Assembly: GCA_040954595.2 (NCBI GenBank)
Contig: CM082577.2
Coordinates: 6,498,301 to 6,562,300 of the forward strand
DNA: 64,000 nt
Direction of reading: 5' to 3'
Origin: Balanoglossus misakiensis
Lineage: Eukaryota > Animalia > Hemichordata
The translations under genes and the position numbers were made by a program. The notes under the pieces are model-generated. The model did no database searches, was not told the origin of the DNA, and saw nothing but the letters and a program-made list of their open reading frames with translations. Positions 27,301 to 39,300 of the stretch are shown here, in pieces (within the stretch, counting starts at the first letter, position 1; each line of letters starts with the position of its first letter).

Positions 27301-30300
27301 ATTAAACCTATATCGAATGTAAACTACAAAGTGTGTTTTATCATTTCCAAACCCTTAAATATTTATAGAGCATGAGGAAGATGTATGATAATTATAATCG
27401 CCTATGTACCTTAAATTTATGAACATTCAGTATTTTTGATAACATTTTTTGTTGATCAATATACAGTGGGACAGTTGTGCATTGTTAATTATTCATATTC
27501 ACTTTAATTTAATATCATAATACGTGAACATTTTTAATTCACTGTTTCTCTGTCTGTCATGTATTGTTTTCTTTAAAATGTGAATTTCATTAACAAATAG
27601 TTTTTCCATTTCAAATTCTATGGGATATTTTCAAGGCTTTCAGTTTTAAAATGTAATTGGATATGAAAAAAATAATTGTGTTTTACAATTCCATCATTAT
27701 CGTGGTTGTCTTTGGCAGGTGGATACACACTACCCAGTATTGTGTATCCAATTGCTATGACGTTCTATTCTAATGAAATTATCAAGTCAGAAAATGATTG
27801 ATTGGCTTGGAATAAATTAGGTCATAGGTTAAAAGGGGTTCAGCTTTAGAAATTAGAGATGAAAGCTTGCCTTTGTGAAATATTGCATAAGTGCATTATC
27901 TTGTTAAAGTATAAAGATTGTCTGACTTGACACTATTTAGAGAATGCACCAGTAATTGAATTTATTGAGAAATGTTATTGCATTTTTTACCGCGACAAAT
28001 TTCTTCACCTTTAGCCTGGAACTGATGCACCATGCTTTCAAACTTTAATAGGGCAGGTGATTTTGCGGTAGTCATCATGTTTGCCATTTTGTTTCATGTG
28101 TTTTTTTGTCAAATGCATAGATTGATACAAAGGGTTTAGATTCAATACAAACGCACACTAACACAAGCACGCCCATTGCCAGTGAACACCGCATATAAAA
28201 TTTGTATTGCCTCCATTCGTAGACACACCTTCCCAGCCAACTGCGTCATTCAATCTCCGCGCATATGATTATCCCCTTCTATTATCATGCAAATGATGTC
28301 GTGTATACTGCCAGCGGTGAGTCACTCTTTATACAAACACACACACACAGCTGAAACGAGCCCTGCATAGAGGTGTACACAAAACGAATATCAGACAGGT
28401 CAGGCCAAGGATATCTCTCTGCTGGCAGACTGTTTTAGCCAACACCCCATTAACACTCGGCGTACCTGCACATTTCAATCCGGCCACCATTTTAGAGCTT
28501 ACCTGTGGGAACCAATTTTACATGTAGGAGACTGTTTTTGCCAGAAAAAAAAAAACGGCGTTGGGACAAAAAAGCACACCATGGATGACGACAGCTATCA
28601 GGTAACGATTATAAGACACAGTCCGTTCCTTGCTTGCTTCCGTGTGTTTCGTATGAGCATTTTGACTCTTTAATAGTTTAGAATATTAATCTCATTTAAT
28701 ATATACTGAGTGCTCTATACAAGCTTCGTTTCAATGTCCCGTACGCAGAATTTTCATTCCACACACCACTGTTATTGTTCTTGGTGACTGCGTTGAAGGA
28801 CGTTTATGAAAGGAGTGTGTGTATAAAAGACGGAAGGTGTTCAATATTTAATGCACGTCCACTCCATTTCATACCCATTCAGTATGTGATCAAGTCAGTT
28901 TTATTTCCTTCTTTATTAGATTTCTTAATTATTTGTTTTGTTGTCTTGACCACGATGTGGTGATGTTGGATTTGTCGTTTGACATTCTGCCAGAAATGTA
29001 CACAGTACCGCCTTAATCTGATTGCTAGTCTTTGCCGGCCTATATGTTCTCATTTATTTGGTTGTCAGTTTATTAATCGCAAGTTTAACCCTGTCACCCC
29101 CATTTCACCTTAAATAGAATCAACCACACCATTGCAAACAGTGGGGCTTTACCAATCTGTGGTGGTGATAGGGTTAAATTTACAGATAGTGCTTTTTTTT
29201 TGGTGTACCGACGCATGAAATTTGGATTACTTTGGCGGTTATTGTAGGTGTGTCGCAGATGATTAGAAAGGCAAACAGTTATGGGCTGACTCACAACAAA
29301 AAGTTATTTCTTAATAAAAGAGGTGCTTTTTCCATTCAAGGCATGTGTATAAATTCCATGGAACGTCCAAGGTGGTCACTCACGTATTGTTAGCGTTGAG
29401 TTTATGATATGAACATGTAACAGGATTTATATAAATGTCTGTTATGTCAAAATAATTGAACACATGTACATGTATAAATAGTTAGTGCAGTTAGGTTGAT
29501 TTTAGGGAAGTGCTGCAGGAATATGTGAAACAAAAAACATATGACAACATGAAATAGGGAACAGTGATCACTGAGATATATGTAAGAGTTATCAATTATA
29601 CTAAACATGTAATGCAGTTATGAAATTTAAGCAAAAGGTTGTGTAATATAGGAATTCTAATAGTGATATAAACTGTTATCTGTCTTTGGGAAGAAGTTAC
29701 TGCATCAGCTGAAAGTCCCTTACCCAGGACTGGTGAATTCTGGCAAAGAAATTCTTAGTTAAATTGAATTTAGTCCATATATGGGGGTGTGGGTTATTTC
29801 TGGCTTGACTGGCCATTAATAGACCACAAGGGGGAAATTAGATTGCTCGACTGATTTTTGCGGAGAAGGAATGAATGACCTTGTAGAATGGAGTGAATCT
29901 TACAGGTGTCTCTTTCAGTGGTGTCGTTATTACTGTTTGATTTGTTTGATGAGAAGCAGACGATCAAGTTACACCTAAACTCCAGAATCGATTGCTTTTA
30001 TTTCTGAAAGGACAGCCTTCTGCTTTCTGCTATATCTGATTTGGTGACCCTTAAAGCAACACCGCGGTGGCAAGAATCTGATTACAGTATCAGTTACATG
30101 TAACACTGAACACGTACCACTTGTATATAAATATAAATCTCTCTGACAGCTAGGACTTGCTCAGTTCTTTTGTTGACGTGCTGCGATTTCATGTGACTTG
30201 TAAACAATGTAGACATGTATGTAAATGTGGTCTGTTTATTAGAACACTCACGAGCACCCACCTCAAGCAAACAACATCATTTCAAAGTAGAGGTATATGT

Positions 30301-33300
30301 AGTGAACAAACATTCTTAACACAGTCCTGCCATTTTCTGTGGAGGGGCTGTTTTGTGATTAATTTGTTAACACTTGCAAAATAAATTTGGTATGATGGCT
30401 TTCTGATAGGCAATGTCAAATAAATTTTTGACTTCAGGCTTTACTTCTAAAGCAAATTGCAGAGCTGTACAAACTAAAAAGCAGCTACAATACGTGTAGG
30501 CACAGATCAGTCATGAAATCAAGATGGTTTGAAAACTGCTTTTATATTTTACGCAATAAACAAAAATCAATCATCAAAAGTAACTGTAATGTAGTGAGTA
30601 GTGTATTCATCAATTAGCTGCCAAGGTACTCACGCACCGGACAATGTCTGAAATCTCATTACTGTTTTAATGGCAAATAATTATCACATACATGTAGAAG
30701 ACATGCCACAGAAATATACGTTTACCTGCTGTGTGACAGGCAGGTCATTTATGCATATTTGAGTAGTTAGCAAAATTCTATCAATAATTTGTTTCTCATC
30801 CTATTGTGTTACTCCGTAAGAAGCCTGAAGATATTAATATAAAATTGTGCTAAGATATAAATCATGTATTCTAGTGATAATTGTGTGTGTAGCTTCCATT
30901 GCCCATGCAGTGGGCCCTGTTTAGGTTATTAAAGGATGTTACACGGATGTGGAACCAATGCTCAACAGATGGTCTTAGTTGTGTTCCGGGTTTGTGAACT
31001 GTTTATCATGTGCTCTCACTATTGACAGGGATAAAACCCCTTTCTTCAGATGCAAAGAGAATGAGCTTGCTTTGGATTTGTTCCAATCACAAGTCTCTAT
31101 GGAAAATTTCAAAACTTTAACATAAATGTGTCTCATAGCTGGGTTGTCTGGCAGAATATGGTTCATTTCGTTGATGCGATAGCCAGGTTAAAGTCCTGTA
31201 GAAGTAATTGCCAAAGTCGTCACATGATGTGTTTGGAACTGCTGTGTGATTTCTGTGGGTTATCTCGTAGTCACAACAACATACTTCCCCCTGAATTTAT
31301 TGCGAGTTTGCTTCCCTCTGGATGTACACGTTGTACGTAAAATTTCAGCAGAGACAAGCTTTGGTGAATCAGAAAAATCACCAGTTTCTATCGGTAACAA
31401 GACGTAGAAACAACACAAAGGTAATACCATTGGTGAACGTTAATTCTCGTGTGTAAAACTGCCGTCACAAAATGAGTGTTTTCCTTATCAAAGTAGGTTT
31501 TAAACTTTGGCATTTCCAGTCATCAACTCTTGGTTCTGCATGGTTTTGTCCCATTAATGCGTTTATGATTTGCGCTGGGTTCTGTAAATTGTGATGCAAT
31601 TGCTGAAAGGACTACTGGAACATTTACCAATCACCATCATTTCCCCTCAGTGAACATTTGAGTGCCAGAAGTTGTAATTGTTTCCTGAATTTCTCAGTAA
31701 ATTCAACCTCTTTCTTATTCTTCAAAGGTCAGTAGAGTAGATTTTTGTACATTATACATTGTGTGCAGTCCAGAAGTAGGCAAGATTTAAACACTCTTGT
31801 TACTGACCACTGAAGAATTTTTTTTTACGAATACCTACATGTGTACACGTACTACATGTATGATGTAGTTGGTCTGAAGACAGAAAGATTTCATTCCCTG
31901 AAAATTATTAGTTCAAGTGTTACCCAGAATTGTACATGTATGGATTGGGTGTTTTTTGTATCAGCCAAATGTGATTCGACCTTTAGTTGAAATAGGATTG
32001 AAGTGTTTGTTAAATAATTTCTTCTTTTCTTTCCCCCCAGACATGTGAAACCTCTGAGAGCACATACAACGAATACGACGAAATAGGCAACGATGACAGT
32101 GTGATGACAGATGCCACGGACGAAGACGCCATTCCAAACTTCCTTACAGCCGGAGCTGACGATACAGATAGTGCGTTGACCCCTTCACCAACAAGTAGCA
32201 CCATGAACAGTTACAGTAATATTAGGAAAAGGTTAGTTATCAAATTAATCAATGTATGTATGTTTGCATTGACAGTGTTATGTGAAGGAGTCTCCCAAGA
32301 TCTGCGATGTACTGACTTGTTTTTTCCAGATCCACTACGTAGTCTGTTTGTCGGTGTAGAAGCCCTTCAGGGAAAAAAATGTTTTGGTCCTTTTTTCCCC
32401 TGTGAGATATGAAACATTTTATTATGGTGTGTTTAATGGCCCATATTATTTGACATTTTATGTGTACGTGATTACTGTACAGAATGTAAAGAACTGAACC
32501 CCACCGATGGGTACAGCATATCTGCCTAGAGAAAGTTTTAGTTCATTGAAATATAAAAACTAACAGCCCGTGAAGTGTGTGAAAAAAAACATGTAAGAAT
32601 AACAGGAAAGCGTGACTATACAAAATATCAGCTACTGAGTTTGAAATTTTAACTCAGGGAAAAAAATATCTAGCAAACTCTGCAAAATGTATTGGTGTAG
32701 ATTTGATAAAAATGTTATACAAACACTACAGTCACACACAGTAAGAATATATCAGCAGTAACAATCAGGTCCCAGCTATCACAGATAGAACCAGACGACA
32801 ATAGGTGCTCATCACAGCATGGCACAATATGCTAGTGCCTTCCGTTTTATTTTTCCCTGATAAAAGAAAAACGTGCAATATCGGCTTGCTGTGGCCTCTT
32901 TCCCTATTTCCCCATAAAATTATCTTATTATGGAAAAAAGTATTGAAGTCTCGCTGTCTCAGTGCCCCCCCCCCCATCTTCCAGATGTGTATCAAAATGA
33001 TATGATGAGAGGCCATCAGTGCAACTGAGACTTCATTCGACCTGTTAGCAGCTCCTCTACCTCCGAGACACAATTTGAGATCACAAACTGAATGGGAGAG
33101 ATAGCTGCTTAGCTGCTGTCTTGCTTCATCAATATTATGAGTGATGCAGCTTATCGCTGACATTTCCCACAGAGCTGCCTTCTGGCTGTGGGGTGCTCCA
33201 ATATCAGACAGAGTGTCGGTGTGTGAATAAAGAAGAATTTCAGTGCTGTGTCTCCCAAGTGGAGAGAGCGTCAGTGAGGAGACAGCTGATTAATGTTGAC

Positions 33301-36300
33301 ATGGGATTTTTTTCTCTGTCAGATGAGGTTAAATATTTGGGGTAAAATGAGTTGATTGCATGAACAGGCAATAAAATAAACATCGTAAAATGGCATCATT
33401 TACATGTACGCAGTAAGTTACAATCTGTGCGGATCTCCATTTTGACAACTTGATCAATGTTATACAGTGCTGTTTTACGTTGTTCATTTTGTCTTGCATG
33501 CTCTGTTTCCCCTTTGTTTAATACTGTCTCATCTGATGGTGTGTTTTTTTTACAAGATCCATGCTCAGCATTAAACGGCTGTGTTTGTTTGATTTCAATT
33601 GCTGTCGTAGGCCAAAGAGTGATCACCCACTTGTTATAACTGTTAAATCTAGCAGTAGTGACGAAGAGGAGAGGTATGAAGATTTCGGAGAAGGAGACGA
33701 CATGGATGGAGACGACTCAGACACGGATATTCCCGATTATTTGTCCGATTCAAACAGATTTACTCAAGATACGCCTACTCCCACACAGACGTAAGTATAA
33801 TCATTTCTGATCTTCTCTCTTGTAAACTGGAGATAATATTCTTGTGAAATAATCTTTCCATGAAGCGTTCTTCATCATTAAAATTAAAATAGCCATAATT
33901 CTCAGTAGGTTGGAGACTTCTCTTAACTATACACACTTCAGCTCAGAAACCTCATCAATCTTGCTCATTATAACATCTTCATTTGAAAATAAAAAGCCAT
34001 GAAACAGGCAACATAGCATTTTTTTTCTCTCTATTATAAAACCAGCTATTAAACTCCTTCAATTCAACATGGCATTGAACTCTTCACAGCACGACTTGTT
34101 CCCATGGTAACCTGTCTAGTCATGACCTTCCATGTTTGGACACTTGGCCAGCCATATTGAATGCTAATACAATGTAGTATATGTGACTTGCATTGCAATA
34201 AATATATATCTTCAAAAATATCAATATATGATGGCTATCTCTAAGAAAGTGCATCACCGGTTGTCATGGTTTCAGTTATTCCATGTTGTATAGACCGAGA
34301 GAAATTGTAGTGTCATCTAAAAGCTTGGATCTTATTTTAAGGTATTAAAAATAAATTATATATTATATTGAAAAACATTCTGTGAAAATTTGGTAGGGAT
34401 TAGAGCCTTATTGATATTGAAGAATAGATCTGTCAAATTAATTTTAGTTAGTGGGTTTTTTAATATAATAATTGAGTGGAAAATAATCTCCAAATGAATT
34501 AAAATGGGTCACATTTAATAGATGCCTTATTCTGAATAAAATGATAAAATTGATATAATTTTCTTGATTTCATATCAGTGTTTTAATTCAGTACCTTTCT
34601 CATTAATTAATGTCTTTTAAAAACTGCACTTTATTTCTTGTCGTCTGTGACATATTTGTGTCTCATCTTCTCTACCACAATTGTTGTCTCAATACTCTCA
34701 TAGTAATTCCAGTCACACAGTAAACGCCCCTCACTGTTTATTAACATCATCAACGTGTGTGTTTTTTTCCATCTTTTTTTCCAGTCTCTCCATGTCCTTT
34801 GACAACCGAAAGACAATAACTCAAAAACGAGACGTTTGGGGCCGTGTTCGTCAACTAAGCTGGTACTAATCAGTGTAACTTTCTATCAGTTCCAAACCCT
34901 TGTCTGATATTTTCTCGAAAATATTCCTTGTGCATGGCATGGCATGATATAGTATCTTTCAAACTCAAACTGACATTTTATTTTCAAAAGATTCTTTCTC
35001 TCCTGCATGATATGGTTAGTTCGATCCCCATAATTAAAAATGTGTCTGTCTGTTATTTACATCAGTGCCCACTCACTTGCATAGATCAAGGTACATGTAT
35101 GTTGTATCATGTCATACCAGTACAAACTACATGTATAGTTCGTGTTTGCCTCATACTAATTCACCACTGTGCCATCCTTCTCCCAGTCCTTGAATTACTC
35201 CAGCTCACAGTTTCCTGTTGCACAGTAGTAGTGCATTTGAAACCATGAACAGTAGATTTCTGTACATAAATTGCCTGTTATATTTTAATAGTCATAGACA
35301 TAGAGCAGTGAAGCAGGCATGGGCAAGTGAGATGGTGTCTGTGTGTTGAATGTGAAATTCCTTTCTTTTATATGTGATCTTATGTCATGTCAGTTACAAT
35401 TGTTCATGTATAATTTTGTAAAATAAGTACATGTACACTACTGAAAGTTATAAACTCTATCTTTCTCTTACTTATCTCTCCCATAAGTTCCAAATGCAAG
35501 TCCAGACTATATGTCGGGTAAATTACATTTACTAAATTTAGTATTTTCCCTTCCTTCCAGTATTTTAGCCAGAGGATATTTCAGTTTAATTTGGCCCCAA
35601 CCTTCTATTTGACTGCTGCTTGTAGAAATTAATGTCTTTGTCATTTGATGCATGGGTTTATTGATTAAACACCTTTAGTTCAGCCTCTACTTAATATTGA
35701 TTTTTAGTTGCCTCGGCTGGTTTATAATTCGCTTACTGCTTTCTGTTGCAATTAAGCTGACCTCTGAACTAACTCACACTGCAGCTAAACCACACTGATT
35801 TATGGGTAATCTGTGGAATCACCTCAACCTATACCTTCAGATACCATCTGTGAAAATAGCCTCAGCCTTATGTTCAGATACTAACTAAAGATCCTTGAGA
35901 CAAAGAACCTAAATCTCAAGGTGGTTACAACATAGGTTTCGTTATATCCTCTCTCTGAATAACCCTTTTGGATTAATTTTAAATGGAAATCAGAATTATA
36001 TTCTCGGATTACCGCAAGAGTGAAAAATGTAGTTAGATGATAGATTATGAGAAAATGAAGAACAGATTTGATTAACCAGTAGGTCGATGTGGTGGCAAAT
36101 TGATATGCCAGATTGAATTTGATATCCTTGACTAATATTTGGACGGAAAATGGAAGACTGACCTAGTGTAAACATATTACTGTACTTTAGTTCTGTTAGA
36201 AAAATCCAGGGATTTGTGATAAAATGTCTGTTCTGCAAAACACACTGTGAAAAAAAGTTACTTGTTTTATCTGTATTAGTGAATTTGTCTTGAGAAAAGG

Positions 36301-39300
36301 TCCAGGCATGAATTTGTCTCAAGTCTGATAAATAATAAAATGAGTTGCTGAATTTGCTTTTCATGCCCTTGTACAAATGTATTTATAAATGCATTTGACA
36401 GTTTTGTTCCAATAAACTTTGTGATGTATGTTGATAATGTTTGTATACATACCATACATCATGTACATTCACATCACATTCACATTATTTTCACCCATTG
36501 GTTGGCCATATCATGTAACACTTACCTAACAAACTAGCCTAAATAAATCATAAACTGCCTTTTAACAGAAATTGTATTACATTAAGCATTTCATTCTGCT
36601 AGGTTTTTTATTCAATGCTTTTTTCTCCCACAGATATTTTATTCCTCAAATGTTTTTTTTTATTATGTCAGGGAGACCATAAATATATTGAACATGCTGT
36701 TGTATGACTGTATCATCTTTAATTTCATAACATGGGGGAATTTCAAAAATCATTGCTTGTAATTTATCACCAAGCCTTACATACAGTCCATAAAGAAGTG
36801 TTTACTGCAGAGCTTACAATGTCACACAGCTACTATGCATGTATTTTATGTTTGGACCTTTTGAATTGTGCATTTTCATTTAAACTGCTACTCAAAAATA
36901 AAATGAAAGAAATGAATAAAGTTCATTTAGAGCAACAGAATACCAATATATGATGTTTATTTTCTTACATAGACTATTGAGACAGATTTGATTTCAAGAA
37001 GCTCAGCATTTAAAACCATATATGATGTACTAGTATATGCATGCATATACATGTACGTGTGCACATGCATATAAAAGTCAAAGTGGATATTAAACTCGTT
37101 TCAAATCTACTATAATTATTCCTGTTCTTTTTTATTCTATCTTGCAGTCCTGTCAGGAGACTCACAACAAAGGAAATTGCTAGGTAGGTACTATGCTATT
37201 ACTCAGCAGACCCCAAATGTCCTAGCGACCCTCCAGGTCAACCTCAAATGTCCCATGTGGTCATAAATTTCACAGACGTAACCTTCCTATGAACTGATTC
37301 AAAATTTATGTCGCTGACGATATTAATGTAAATAGGGGGAAAAAATTGCAAATCAGTATTCAAAGGCGGGTAAAGGAAGGATGGTGTTTGGTCACGTACA
37401 TCTGAATCCGTTACTTTCGTTTATCCTGCGTCGTGATGTCGGAATCAGTGCGTAGGCTGCAGGCTGTATGATTAGTGGAGATGGCGCAGCACTGTGGGAG
37501 AGCCCACTAATCCAGTATGGCCTGCTAATGATCACACGGGTTTCCCAAACACTGCAAGAAAAAACACTTTATTTGTAATATATCCAGGGGTAGAAGGAAA
37601 GAAACTTAAATATAAAGAGTGTCTCGTATACGGGTGGTGTCTATATTAATGATACTTAAACCCTTAAATTTCACCCCAAGTTCCCTTTTTAGAGGTCCAA
37701 CCTTACCATTGAAAACAATTATGCAAGGGTTTGGACTGAAAGGGTCAAGAGACTTGAAAGTGATTAGGTCAAGTGAGGGAGTATTCAAATAGATATGCAA
37801 AGTCAGAATTTGGTATCATGGAACAGTATAAGAATCTCAATAGGATAAGGTATGTTTTAATGATTTTCGTATCATGCTTGCGTGGGTAGATTACAATAGA
37901 AACTCAACATTTGAGTAATGTCTCTGTCTGTTTCCATTCCCAACAGCCATCTTTACAGAAACAGCTCATCAGCTAATACAAGCAGAAGGGGCAGTTTAGA
38001 AGACATTTACGGAGAGTGTGCCGCTTCTGATGGGGACGTGACGGACCTCAACGACAAAGTAAATAGTTTTAACCCGTTCACCCCCACTTTCCTCTGTAGA
38101 GGTCCAACTTTACTATAGAAAACACTGGATTTGGGCCAAACCATTGTGGTGAAAGGGTGGTGTGGTGACATATTCATTTTTGCCAAACAATATTACTGGT
38201 TTTGTTGATGAAGGCTGACCTGTTTGAACATCTCTGAAGTTGCCGAAATGCAACAGCTCTGGAATCTATGTCTGTGTGTTCCTCTCACACAAGTTTAACA
38301 CTGCCTTAAAAATAGTGGTTTGGGTCTCTGTCAGCTCTCTTTACTGAAACAGTCATTTGAAATGAAATTGGGACAGCACCCGCCCACAAGCAAAGTGTTT
38401 ATCTTTTAAGAAGAAAAAAACCTGTTCAAATGTCAGTGAATCTACGCAAACAAGCTGAATTATTTAGCCATGTATGCCAGAGAAACCCCACGCATTATAT
38501 TATTCTCATTTTTAATGGCTCACGGATGAAAGGGTGAGGAGAAACAGAAAGTGGAAAAAATTTGAGTGTGGACAAAGTAAATTCTTGGTTAAAAAATTTA
38601 TTTTGTTCACATCTCTCATCTTCATCTTTTCTGAATGAAATGATTATAACCCCCTCAGGCTTGAACACTTCCACAGAACAAGATGGAATGATGAGTCAGC
38701 TCCACTGCAAACTTAAATTATGCAGACTTAATGATTCCTTCCTCAGTTGTGATTCTCATTTTCATTTTCTGTTCCTTTCAGGTCAAAACACTAGAGTCAC
38801 AAGTACATACATTACGAGAAGACAAAGCAAATAAACATGATTTACATTCCAAACTGAGCAATGAAAATGCATTTCTCAAAGAGAAGTAAGTAGCTGTTCT
38901 CTACCAGTGTTGTGTTGTGCGTGTTGATTGGCTGGAAGGGGTCACATGGTTATTTGCCTGTAAGAGATCATAATTATGAAGTAATGTATAAATAGAGTTG
39001 GAAATTGGATTTATTCCACTAGCAGGTGTTTTTGTTGTTTGGACAGAAATAAGGTTTGTTGCTGTTTGGATGAACTGTCTGTATATGTGCGAGAGCATGA
39101 TCAAATTTTATACTTTGATAATCGGTATGTTCATCTTCCAAGAAATCAGCATACTTGGCAATGTCCACATAGACATGAAATTTAATTTGTTTTATGTTGT
39201 TGTTTTTTGTGCAGAACCAGGTTTTATGAAGAGCAAATTGGTGACATTGAAGACAAGAATCATGAGACACTTGAAAGAGAGAGAAGGAAACATCGAGAAG

